DNA of 64,000 nucleotides from the NCBI RefSeq assembly GCF_006345805.1, contig NC_043016.1:24366001-24430000 (forward strand). The letters run 5' to 3'. A program made the translations under genes and the position numbers. The notes under the pieces are model-generated. The model had not been told where the DNA came from. It worked only from the letters and a program-made list of their open reading frames with translations, and did no database searches. The first letter of the stretch is position 1. Each line of letters begins with the position of its first letter. This document shows, one piece after another, positions 50,815 through 64,000 of this stretch. The DNA comes from Octopus sinensis. Lineage: Eukaryota.

Positions 50815-51790
50815 CAGTAACGTCTTGATATACAAGTTAATTTGTTCCTAGAGAGCACTCATAAGGTGAAAGATCGTATAGCAGAGCAATAATTTCCCAT
50901 AGTAGCAATGTTATAAATCATAATTAGTTCCCAGAAAAATATTTTACCTATAAAATTTATAATGGCAATAAAACAGTGAATGTAATGGATATTTTATATA
51001 AAGTAAAAATAATGTCAAAAAATATTATAATCATTTTCTGAATCGCTTTCACTAGACTCATGCACACCATCACTTGTAGACACAACCACAGATTCACAAG
51101 TACTCAAAGACGGACTTGTAGATTTCTTTATAAAAAAACAAGACTAGAGTTGTTTGTTAGAAGCTTTTTTTTCACTCTCTATAAATTTCTTGGTAACACG
51201 CAGAAGCATTTGTTATGGTAGTAAAACTTTTGCACTTTGTTCAAAATTTGGATCTTGTACTTGAAAAATTTCCAAGGCTTTATCCAAATGTTGAAATGCT
51301 TCCGTGAGTCCTTTCAACATGAAAGCATCAACTGGCATTTCATCAACAGTGTCCTTTTCCTCTCTATTGTTGCCTGCTCTGGCATTGCAATAAGGTCTTT
51401 GTTGTTGAGTTCATCACTATGTGATTGAAGCACCTCATCTACATCACTTGCCAACACGTTGAGATTCAATTTATTTGCCAGCTTTATAATTTGTTTCTTT
51501 TGGTACATTTTCTTGTAATGATTCAAAACACTCAAAATAATTGAGGGCAAAGTTTTTTTCCAAATGCCCTTCATAATCTTTTGAGTGATATTATCCATGC
51601 TTTTTCTATGATTTTTACAACAATTTTTCCAGAATTCTATTACAGTTGGTCCCCCTTCTTTGTCTGTTTCTTCATTCAGCATTGCAAATGTGTAGTGTAA
51701 AATAAAGGGCTTTAAAAATTGCAACAACACTTAGTCCATTGGTTGCAAAAGCGATGTCATATTTGGAGGCAAAAAAAATAATAATTGGCA
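50815..51790 (-). mobile_element. Tigger/pogo DNA transposon 3' part (DDE_1 C-terminus plus one terminus)
   Basis: IIFLPPNMTSLLQPMD* near 51790-51731, then VIEFWK...IMKGIWKK...IIKLANKLNLNVLASDVDEVLQSHSDELNNKDL (TIGD1-like). Terminus TA|CAGTAACGTCTTGATATACAAG at 50813-50836. Confidence 0.85.
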
Positions 51791-54700
51791 TTAAGATAGA
51801 GATGTAGAATTGGAAGGTGGCTAGGTGCATTGTTAATAAGCAACATTAGTTCATTTATCTGAACAAAAGCCTATCAAAATAACAAAATGCATTTTTTTCC
51901 TTAACCTTTGTGCCCCAGGATGGCCATAACTTACAAGCTGAAACAAGTACAAAAATGAAATAAAATAAAAAGATTATGCAACTCCAAAACAAATCATAAT
52001 CATAATCTATATCTGGAGGTTATACACTACACTGACTTTTGTATATAATTGCCATGGCACTCATATTTTATTCAGCTACCAATTTTTCTTACATAATTTT
52101 GCATGTGATTATACTGGTTTAGACATACTTCTAAGTAAATAAATTATTTACAATGACACCACACCATATCTGATACTGAACAATTACTCTTAACACCAGC
52201 AACCATTTTGCAATGAAAACCACCATTCCAAATATGCATTAAACTTCAATTTTAGGAAAACTACATATACAGGATTAACATATCCATTAATACATACCAG
52301 AAGATTCAAATGTGAATATCCGATCTCTCACTTTTCATCAACAGAGAATAACCTCTTCCCTTCAGACAATGTCTAAGGGAACTTCAAGAAACCACATTGT
52401 GTGTCTCCTCAGTCAAAACTACCCTGCCAGACCAACAGATCTCACAAGAGCACAAGCTCTTCTTCAAATAAATCAGCAAACAAATTAATGACTGATGCAC
52501 TGATGCCTACCAAACATAATTCATGGATTATGAACACACATCATCAAAAGGGACAAGGTGTTCTGTTGCTGAGAACCAATAGCAATCAGAATTACTAGTT
52601 TGGATTCTTGTTCTGTATGCACCCCATGTATGATATCTGACTTTAAAAATTATTATAACTATCCATGTGACATTACTGCATTGTAAGACGTGAAGGAAAC
52701 ACAAATAGCAGAAATATGGTACATTAATAACTAAACCAAATATGAGAACATCAATTTAAAATGTATAAATTATCATTTTATAAAATGATTAATATTGCAA
52801 TTCTAAATATCTTATTTCTATAAAGATTCTTTTTTAGTTCTTATCTAAATTCTAATTTCTCCAATAAATTTTTAAATTATTACATTCATTGAAGCATTTT
52901 TAGAAACTTCTTTCTAATACAAATCAAAAATGTTTTATACAAAAGATTTCTGTTCAAGTTTTTATAAAACTGAAGGTTTGTGTCAAACTATTTTTAACAC
53001 ATATTTCTTTTATGTATTTTTTTTAACCCAATTTAAATCTAAAAACATTCCTACACAGTTATGACAATCAAATAAATAGATTAGTCATACATACATTGTC
53101 CAACAACAAAATAAAAAGACACAACTCTCTTCAAACTCAAGACATACACATTATCTATCTATCAGCACACATACACATAATTGGTTGCCAGTTTACTATG
53201 AATTAACAAGTCAAACACTATAGAGTGAACACATTAAAAAGGAAAAGTACAAATATCTTAACAGGTGAAAACAAGCTTTGTTCAGGTTAAGATGAAAGTG
53301 AGCTGATATATAATTCACAACCAATTTATATTTCTCAAACTTTAGACATTTATTTAAATATCCAATCAGAATTAATTGAAAATATTTGTTAGTACTGACA
53401 GACATGAATATTACATTTTAGTCACACACACAAGAGAGAGAGGGAACAGTGAGAAAGAGAAAGTGACAGTGAAAAAGAGGGTGAGAAAATGAGTAAGAAA
53501 GGGTGAGAGAGAGAAATCCTAAGAAATCTATTATTAGCAATTCCTGAATACAAACAGATTAAAGAGAGAATGTCAGAATTAGTAATGAACATTAATTATT
53601 TCAGTTTAATAATAACGAGAAGCAATGTAACAGAAAAAGCCAATCACCCTTAAACTAGGAGCTCACACTGGCCAGAAAAAAGAAAGCCTGCCTCTACAGT
53701 TAACTTGAGTCACCAACAAGAGGCAATATGATTGAAAGATTAATATGCTATACTTATGACTGGAAAAAAATGCATTGAAGCAACACTGTCTTAGTCTGCA
53801 CAACTGATGAGGGAAAGTAAGTAACAAAATAACTGTTCAAATAAATATCTCTGTAATGCTGCAAAATAATCATTTATAAAATTGACAGAAAGCCAGAATT
53901 TTTTTTCTTTTTAGAGGGATGGGTATAGAGTAATGGATTATATTGACCACAGTACTTCACTGGTACTTTTTCATTTTTATTGAACCTGAGATGGATGAAA
54001 AGTAATACTAACCCTGCTAGGAAACACCATAAGTCATTTTGCCTAACACTAACTGTTCTGCCATCCAAAATACTGAATGTTTTCTTTGTTTTTTTTTAAC
54101 TGAAAACATAGCAGTTCCACTTCTGATGAGTGTGTCCACATTAAGGTGGATATTTCTTGGAGAGTGTTTAAATATTTTTACATATTTCATTCACATACAT
54201 TTACATATTTCACTCCAAACTACACTAAATTGTGATTTGAAACATGTTTCAATGTCTATTCAATGAATGATCAGTACTGTTTTTACTTTTACTCTAGTAT
54301 TAATAGCTAGAGCAACTGGCTTTTTTGCCTTCTGCCAGCTGTCAAATTGGAAGCATATGAATAGCAGGGTCATCAATCACAACTTAACACAATTGCACAC
54401 TCATAAATATATCATTTCTCAAGGAGCCTCATATATAAACACATATTTAGTCATAAGTTAGTGGACACACACACAAATGGATCCTCTGCCAGTTTCAACA
54501 AGGTGTATTCCCGTTTGATCAGTAGAACTCCCAATTCACTGTACTAATAACTAATTGGTTGAAAATACTATAGAGACATTCTGCTAATGTTACCCTCCAG
54601 AAGAATCAGTATAACAGAGCTTGTCTTTTGAATTACTGGTTCAGTCCATGTAACAGGCTTCAACAGATTCCATCTGTTTCACTATGTTAAATTTTGATGG

Positions 54701-57700
54701 AAATTATTTATGAAAACGCAAAGACCAAGCTTTCAGTGTTTGTCAAATTACACTCAAGCAGAAGCTATGATAGGAGACACCCAATATGCTGGTAATGGTG
54801 GTTGCAAAGCAAATTTCTCAACCAAACAGCCAAACCTTCTTATAAATTACTATATGACTGAGAACAAAAAAAGAACCAGAATGCAACAAAAGTGAAACTT
54901 GTCCCCAAACTTATCAATTTCTTAGGTGGAGAGAATGATAGAAGTTACTGTTTAATAATGATTGGTGACCTTTGTATTTTAAGACTGAATGTGAAGGTCA
55001 ATTCTTTGATGGTCAGTTGGCAGATTTTATGCATGCTATACTCAAGTTGTGTGTGAAAATTTAAATACTTCTGATTTAACAAACTACTATTGACATAAAA
55101 CTATGCAGGAGTCCAAAGTCACTGTGCTGAAAGAAAATCAAATGCTCTATAGAGAAAAATAAAGTAAATAGTAGCAGTATCATCACACAGCCTTGCATTG
55201 TTCCATTGTTTGGCACAAAACTTTTCAAAATTATGTCCTTATCTCTTTAACGTTGATCATCATTTTCTGAGGAAGAAACAATAATTGTTCAGTCTAAAAC
55301 CACCAAATTTAGCAGAACTTGGACTACTGTGATTTACTAATTCAAAATATCTTTACTTTCTAGACAAATACTAAACTCAATTTTTTAAATATAATTTTTC
55401 CACAACACTGTCAGCTACACTTGACAACAACAAACACCATTATTTCAATGTTTCATTTCACATTATATTCTATAATGAAAAAAAAAAAAAAGGTATGTTT
55501 AGGATGTTAAAACAAATTTCCATTCTTGTTAAAGCAGCTATTTCCATTGTTATATTTTTTTTTAAGAGGAAATTCAACTTTATTGAATGCAATTTAGTAA
55601 TGTTGAGTATCCAGAAACTGTGAGGTTCATCATACCAAGGGGATATGGTGGTATAAACTAGCAGCAACTGATGAGGTTGTTTCTAGAAGATAAATATATA
55701 ATACACACACAAAAAAGTGATAAATGTAATTGAGTGTAGCATAGAGTATTGCTTATTGATTAGCATGAAGCTGATCGCCAACACAGTCTAAACCCCCCTC
55801 CCTCCCCACAGACATGTCTTCTCTCTTTTCCACTGCTACTACACTTTGGAGTGACCTCACTAGTCACAAGTCATCTCAATACACAAATTTAAACATACAC
55901 ACACAAAACATTTTATCTCATCATCATTCACCATCATTTTAATATCCACTTTTCCCTACTTGCATGAGACAGACAGAATTTATCATGGCAGATTATCTAC
56001 AGCTGGATATCCTTCTTATTGCCAACCTTCAGTTGTTTCTAAGCAAGATAATATTTCCCTCTTGGCCAGACAAGTTCACCTCCCACCCACTCCCACAGAA
56101 GACTGGAAAATGAACAATATTGCTTGTCTAACAATGATGTGCATACAAAACATAAAATGAGTTGGGTTCTTTCAGTTTCTGTCTACCAAATCCACTCACA
56201 AGGCTTTGGTCAACTTCAGACTATAGCAGAAGACAACACTTGCCCAAGGTGCCATGCAGTGGAACTGAATCCAAAACCAGATGGTTGAGAAACAAGTTTC
56301 TTAACCACAAGTCATCGTCGTCGTTGTGTGTGTGTGTGTGTGTGTGAGGGGAAGGGGAGGAGGAGAGGCAATGCCTATCACTCTTTACAGGGCTTCTGAA
56401 ACTGGTGGGGAAAGAGAAATGCTTGCGCAGACTGGAGACCTTGTTGGATGCCTACAATAGTGTAGCCACTGCTAAAGGCAACCACACACCATGGTAGGAT
56501 TTGAACTCAGAACATAAAAAGGTGAAACAAATACTGCAAGGCATCAAGTCAAGCATTCTTACAGTACCACTGATTTCCCACCTTTGAGTGCTTTACTAAC
56601 TCAAAAAAGATAAACAGCAAAATTGATCTCAGCCAGATTTAAACTCAGAGTGTAGAGAAGGATATATAATATATATCCTAATACTAAATGTAAAATATAT
56701 TAGCATGTCATAAGACAAGAAGTCTCTAAGAATATACAAAATTATATAAAAAATACAAATGTATAAAAAAAAATGTAAAACTGCAAATTTTTTAGGAGCA
56801 AGAAATATTAAAATGAAGAAATGTTAAGGTCAATAAATTTATAAAAAGAATATGGAATTTTTTTTTTTTTTTCCTAAGACAAACTGAAGATATCAAACAG
56901 ATAGTATTTCAACTGGAGTAAACCAGAAAATGAAGTGTATGATTGAAATGAGAAGAAACAATTTAAGGAATAAACCCTTTAAGAAAAGATAACAGGGAAG
57001 AAAATGAAGAATGAAGTAGAAGTATGATTGGGATCAGAAAGAGGCAGTAACACATACAGAAGGGAAAACTGAGGAATGAGCAAAACATTGAATAAAAGAA
57101 ACTACACTGGCAAGGGCAGAAGAGAAACAAAGGGAATGAGAGAGGGGAAGAGAGAGAAAGCAGGATGGAGGGCAGAGTGAAGAAAGGAGTGGGCAGCAAA
57201 AATGAAAGGTAGGGAAGACCATGGAGAACAATGAAAACAATGTTAAGAAGAATTTGCATGGCACTACAATCAAAATAGGATATAATTATGCACAGGAGAA
57301 AAAAAAAAGGACTTCAGTTATTCTTTCTCACAACAGGAAAATATCTAAACCAAAACTTTAGTAAGTCGATTGACTGCCTTTGTTTAGTAGATTTTCATTT
57401 AACTTTATTAGTATGCTGAGGCAAATAGTCATATTATTTATGTGCCAAGACTGCAAAACTTAAGTCAAGAACTGATGGGAGAGAGTGTGTGTGTGTTCAT
57501 GTCTCCCCTTTTCCTATGTCCAATGGCATCATTCATAGACTAGCTTGGCATGTTTTCACACCCATGAAGAATCCCTCTTCTGAGACAGGTACTGCAGTTG
57601 AGTGCACAAGAATGTGTTATAAATGTACACAGCTTTGTTTTAATCATAACTACTTAGAGTAACTTTGGTCCATTCCAGTTTCAGTTTTGCATACATCAGC

Positions 57701-60700
57701 TAATTTATTTTCTATTTACAGATAAAAACAATAATCAGTTTTTAGTGGGTTATGAATGACAGATTCAGTGTCTATAGTTGATAAAGCATGATGACACAGA
57801 AACATGTACCCTATAGTCCCCTGACGTCATTCATGACCCAGCTTTGTGTATTTTCACACAGTCTATAAGAATTTCCCCTCAAGAATTACAAGGAAGATCT
57901 TTCGATGATTCAGTGTTCATATACATGTTAATTATAAATGTATGTATGCACACACATACACACACACACACACAAAGTATGTCACAAGTGCACCGAGTCT
58001 CCCTGCCTTGCTGCCAATAACTTTCAGTTCAGTAGCAACAAAATCACATTCACACGCATACACACACACACACTCCTACACAGCACATCATACATTTTCA
58101 CATATTTACACAGTTTCCACATGTTTATTGCTGCTCTGAGCAGCTGGGTGTATACTCAATCTAGACATTTAGTAAATGTCTTGGTGAGAGTCCAAAGCTG
58201 TGTTTCATAGACAAGCTTTCTATAGTTGCCCTATAGTATTTAACTTTATTTTGGAAGATCATTTTTCCAGAATGAATCCATTTTCTTAATGCTGTCCAAG
58301 TCACTCCAATCCTAGCTTCCATTATAGAGATTAGATATTTCAAGGTGTCAACTTGTTTTAATATCTGACTATTCAGTGTCTTCAATTCAACACTGTAAAG
58401 CATGAATTCAGTTTGTATTTCATTGACACAAACACACACACACGCGCGCGTGCACGCACATATGTAGCCTCACTTCTTTGGCAGTACCTTCAATTCTATG
58501 AAGTAGCATAGATTCATCAAACCAGTATATGGTGACAATCCCAAGGTAACTACAGCTAACTAAACTCAGACAAAAGTTCAGTGGACACTTGTGGAGAAAT
58601 AATGAAGTAATTCACCAAGTGCTATTATAGAAATGGCTGCAACAACAAGCATTGAGGCAATAGAACATAATATGCTCATCCACCACGAACTACCAGCTAC
58701 AATAGATGAAGATGGATGAGTGAAATTTTGCTGTCAATGAATCTCAAAATTGTGTCTGCACAAAGAAACAAAGAAAGTGTAAGGTGTATGAGTTTTTGTG
58801 TAAGAACTAAGTGTATGTGTGTGTATATATATATGCATGTACATACATGTACAAGAGTGTGTCTCTCATTGTCATGATATACTGTGATAGTAGTAAAATG
58901 ATTGTCACTCTCACACAAGCAGTGTGATTATTTCCAATATTCTGCAAACGTCGGGCCATGAGGAAATATTGTTGCTTGGAAACAAGTGAGGGTTAGTGAC
59001 AGGAATGGTATCTGGCCACAGAAAATTTCCCTCAAACACCATCTGACCCATACAAACGTGGAAAAGTGGACATTAAAAGGATGATGATATAAAAGGATTT
59101 ACTGATTGTTTAACCTCAGATTAATTGACTGAACAAGTCTTAAACTGTTCCAGCAGGGACCTTCCAGTCTTTTATTCAGTAAAGGCTCTTATTAATGTAT
59201 CCATCCATCCCATAGACAACAGGGCATAATTTGGCCAATCCTTCTAGCAGGTCAATTATTCAAAGAATTTAGCTTCCTTGTCATGGATAAAAGATCTGAA
59301 TAACAATTACGATTACTCATAAGCTGTGAAAACAGAGTCAATTAAATAAGGAAAAAAATATAAACATTTTTTAAAGAGTTTGTTCAGAAAGTTATTTTTA
59401 TAAAATTCAACATGTATACTATCTTTTTCCCAAAGAAGTGAGTTTTTACCAAGGGAGTGTAACAAACAAATTGAAATGAGGAAATAAATGATTGTTTTCA
59501 ACTGGTTTATCTATCAAAATATTGATTTCTTTTGCCTAAACTTAAATCCTCTACCAACATTTTTCTTTTTCTTTTTGAAAAGGAAATTTTATAATCAATA
59601 TAGTTGACCTCAATAACTCATAGATAAATATTTTATCAATTTCAGAGTGAAGAAAGACTAAAGTCAACAGAGATTTAGATTCAAAACAATACAAACTAAA
59701 GCAGAACGGGTCTTTTTTTTTTAAAAAAGGGAAGAGAAAAACATTAGATATTAAAATGTGGACACAAAATCAAGTACATACAGTGAGTTTGCTTCTGTTC
59801 TGTAATACAAATCTATACAATGAAATAACCCCCCCACAAGAAGCTTTTAAGTAGTCACTTGACATGCCAGAAAAACTGCCATTTCAATGACCCATTAGAT
59901 AATGTACTCCTACATATATATCTATAAAAAGACATGGTGGTCACAAATGGAATGCATTTGAGTGACTACTTGATTCAAGTTGATCTGAGATTAAACAAAT
60001 ACAATGAAATATTAACTACTAGATTCTTTCTAATCATTCTAATGTAGAGGCATGAAAGTTATCCAACCTTCTACAAATATCTGAAATCCTTAGTTAATGC
60101 AGACCCAGTAAAATATATGCAGACACAAGTTATATTTTTAGAGGGGGTGCAGTACATTTGTAACATTCATTCTTTATTCAAAGACATCAACATGACCTCA
60201 TGTGAACTGTAAAGGATTACAACAGGGAAATGATGTGGAGTGTGGTTTATCTACTTCAATACACTATGTAATCCAAAATGAAAACACCTTAAATAAGATA
60301 GAGAAAAAAAAAGTATATTTATCCCTAAGACACCAAATTAGAAGTGGTAATATATAATATTCAATAATATATATAATATATAATGTAATAAACATAACAT
60401 ATAATGGATACACAATAACATATGCAGGCACATTAGGTATATAGCACATGAAAAATTGAAATATATTGAGATATCTAAGGCTGTCAATTTTGAAGATCTT
60501 GGTGAAAAAATGACTTATCTTGAACAACACATTCTCAGGTTACTACAAGTTAACTCTTTTACCATATTTTTGTAGAAACATGCTTTTGTTTCAACCAATT
60601 TTTTAAATAATGAAGAATTTAGCAAAATAATTATGCCAGTGTTTAGAACATAAATTAACATAAAATTTTGATAGATTTTCATTTAGATAATTTTAAAGCA

Positions 60701-61171
60701 GTGGATTTTTTATATTAGATCTACAGGTGATCTCAGGCAGGCTAGTATCAAAAGGATTAAACTTCTCTCAAAGTAAAATTTGCCATGAAATGGAGAGGGG
60801 ATAAAATTTTATATTTTAAAAATTTGGCATATATAAACTAACTGATTGACAGATTAGGTAAATCACTTTTATAAATTTTTCCATTTATTAACAGATCAAA
60901 TTTTTTATTGTGAATTCAGACACAGTTTTCAACAAAACTTTCATTGGCAATTGTAGTAAAAGACAGTTGAAAAGTGACTAAGTTCAACTAATTGAAATGC
61001 ATAAATGGAGCATTTCAAGTTTAGTACATAATACACTGATAAAACTTGGTATACTAGTTAATACAACTACTTCAATACCTAAGGTGCAAATTAGCTAATA
61101 TATAAATTATGTACAATTTCCCAATTTTTTAACAGGATTAACATTTCTTAAACTAGGTTTTACTGCATTTA

Positions 61172-61320
61172 GATGTAATTACGAGGTGGTATCAAAAAGT
61201 TCTCAGACTAGTTCTGTAGTACACCAACAGATTGCAGCATATGGTTGTATGTGCAGTGAAAGATAGCAGTGACCTTCATGAGGCAGGGTGCTGAGTGACA
61301 GTGCACATTTTCAATATGGA
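61172..61320 (+). mobile_element. Mariner-like terminal fragment
   Basis: TA|CGAGGTGGTATCAAAAAGTTCTCAGACT resembles mariner TIRs; no partner TIR found. Confidence 0.5.
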
Positions 61321-62303
61321 AAATCAGATTTTCTTCTGGGCCATACAAAAATGACTGAATGTTTTAAAAATACTTCTGCATAGACTACTATCTTCAATGT
61401 TTGTTAGAATATTAAGGAATCTACAATCTATGAATAGATGGAAACAAACTGCCTGTTTTATCACAAATCAGGTTCAAAAACATCTAAATTCTTACATGCC
61501 TATGGCAGCTTTCTCGAACATGATTATACTATTCTTAATAAAACATATTCACATTCAAAATTGAAGGTTCACCCTGACACCTCATCACCAGTATTATTCT
61601 TTTCTAGTTCAAACTCAGTTACTTTCACCCTCCTTTCTATAATGTAAGTAGTCACATAGCTCCTCTGCAGTAAGAAACTTTTTCCTGCCCCTTCCTTAGA
61701 CTCTTATCTCCTAGCGTATAGTCACTCCCCTATCTGCTGCACTTAGTCAAAGAGGATCTTAGTCTTACGAGGTGCATGGCAACCTCACTAGTATTGGTGC
61801 CACAAAAAAGCACTCAGCATACTCTAAGTATTTGGCATTAGGAAAGGCATCAAACCATAAAAACTGTGGCAAAGCTGACACAAGAGTACAATGCAGTCCT
61901 TGGACCTATCAAATTCTGTCAAACAGTCCAACACATGCCAGTATGGAAGAGAGATGTTCCACTATCATTGTGGTCATTATCATCATCTGATGAATGCCCA
62001 CTTTTCCCTGCTTGCCAGGTGTTTTCACAGAAGGCTATACAACAATGACAGTTGCTTACAACCATCCCATAATATCAAGACAAGAAGGCACACAATTGTG
62101 TGTACGTATGTGTACACATATAAATGACAGGATTCTTCCAGTTTCCATCTACCAAAACCACTCACAAGGCTTTAGTTGGCCTGAGGCTATAGCAGAAGAC
62201 ACTTGCTCACAGGACCACACAGTAGGACTGAACGTAAACCATGTGACTGGGAAGTAAATCTCTTAACCACACAGCCATGCATGTGATGGTATTATTTATA
62301 GAT

Positions 62304-62545
62304 AATTATTTTAAGGCAGCGAGCTGGCAGAAACGTTAGCATGCCGGGCGAAATGCGTAGCCGTATTTCATCTGCCGTTACGTTCTGAGTTCAAATTCCG
62401 CAGAGGTCGACTTTGCCTTTCATCCTTTCGGGGTTGATTAAATAAGTACCAGTTACGCACTGGGGTCAATATAATCAACTTAATCCGTGTGTCTGTCCTT
62501 GTTTGTCCTCTCTGTGTTCAGCCCCTTGTGGGTAGTAAAGAAATA
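62304..62545 (+). mobile_element. tRNA-derived SINE (family A), young copy with 16-bp TSD
   Basis: A-box-like GAGCTGGCAGAA, B-box GAGTTCAAATTCC, core GACTTTGCCTTTCATCCTTTCGGGGTTGAT; flanked by GGTATTATTTATAGAT at 62288-62303 and 62546-62561. Confidence 0.9.
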
Positions 62546-63059
62546 GGTATTATTTATAGATGAGAAACTACAGCAATGACCCAAAAGCCAAGGGTTTTGT
62601 GCCAGAGTACTTAAATACTCTAGCATGAAACTTTAAGTCCTTGAGTCACTGATGTAGCTTTTCAACTGTGAAACAATATAAACATTGTACATAATGAATT
62701 CAATTTCTTCATGTTTGTATATCCCATCAAACACACACATGCACCTATGACAATGTCAAAATTTAATACTAATCATTCAGCTATACAGTTATCACTAGCA
62801 TTAGGCCTTCTCTCAAGTTATCAGTAGTAAAGGTTTTACTTTGTGACTTTGGGGGTCTTTTATCACTTCATACACTTATCTACTGTCACCAAAGCTAATA
62901 CTAGTATTAGTTTGCTAAATATCAATTAATTTAATAAAATGACAAAAGTCCTGATTAACTCACATTATACAATAATATAGCCTAATGTAATTATAAATCA
63001 CTAATGCGGGAAAGGTGTTGGAATAAATTCCATTAAACATACAATATATAGTGGTAAGT

Positions 63060-63680
63060 TCATTGAAAATGTAAAGATGTGAGAGGGTTATTTATTGATG
63101 TGATAGCTACAATTAAACGTTGTGGGAAGCTACAGATGGAGGGAATCTTGAGCTGGATTATGGAAATGGTATGAAGATAGGTGTGAAAACATTTATAAGG
63201 GAGGTATGCTGAATAGAGAAGATGGATTGAAATGAATTTAATGTTAGACAGCATGCGAGGCACACAGAAGTTGCAGGAATTAAATAGCATGTAAATGAGG
63301 AGCATGTCACTGAAACTAAGTGAAATGGGTATGTTCCATGTGTGAGAGGTACTATGATTTACAGGCATGAGATATGGGGGATGAACTCGTAATGGCTGGA
63401 AAGAATAGAAATGAAAATGGTTCAGTGAATAAGAGAGACAAGCCAAACAATCAATTACAGAGAATGATGGGAATAGAGTGAGTGATAGATGTAAAGTTAA
63501 ATGGGATGACATGGCTAGGTCATGTGCTGAGGAAGATGAAAGCAATGTAAATGAATGTAATAAGTAAAAGTGGAAGACCAAGACTAAAGGTAAAAGGAAA
63601 TGAGAGCAAGGGCATTGATAAGGGAGTATGTAGAGGATAGGTAAATATGGAGAAGACTGTCACACTCCTCATTCACTCTC
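63060..63680 (+). mobile_element. RTE LINE 3' fragment, decayed
   Basis: CVRGTMIYRHEIWGM..WLERIEMKMVQ, WLGHVLRK, SGRPR. Confidence 0.7.
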
Positions 63681-64000
63681 AAGGTTAACTCCAACTTTAG
63701 CAACATGTTTTGTAATATGAACTTAATTAAAACGATCTCAGTTAAATCAATTAATTGAATCCAAAAATTATTAGAACAATTAGTATTGTAATAATTCAGC
63801 ATAAAAAAAAAAGAGCACAACTGTTATAACTACAAAAAAAAATTAATCTTTTATTTCTAATTTGTTTGCATATTTAATTGCTCTATCAGTTTAAAAATTA
63901 AGCACTCAAAAATATATCTTCCCAAAATAATTTCAAATAATGTATGAAGAACTTGTTACATATTCAGCTAGACTATAATTAACCCAAGTGTTTTTTTTAC

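Overview
AT-rich, microsatellite- and TE-dense eukaryotic genomic DNA. The SINE/MITE/RTE repeat repertoire looks like Octopus (inference from remembered repeat families). The window holds most of one minus-strand gene, a PP2A B56 (B') regulatory subunit of the delta/gamma type (PPP2R5D-like). I traced 13 GT-AG exons between 33444 and 2295; they splice in frame with no stop (1539 nt, 513 codons). The start-codon exon is uncertain (two candidates, ending at 41840 and 35349) and the final exon lies left of the window. Introns and upstream DNA hold a Tc1 (DD34E-type) element with ~225-bp TIRs, a Tigger/pogo remnant, RTE, R4-like, CR1-like and Penelope-like retroelement fragments, three SINE-like families, TTAA-flanked piggyBac-type MITEs, and several tandem or direct duplications. 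The most notable observations are a candidate 63-nt stop-then-start cassette exon that could remove the delta N-arm, minimal hammerhead-ribozyme-like motifs in PLE-related repeats, a ~450-bp head-to-head SINE palindrome, and a perfect 42-bp palindrome. I see no clear evidence of a wholly new multi-gene system.
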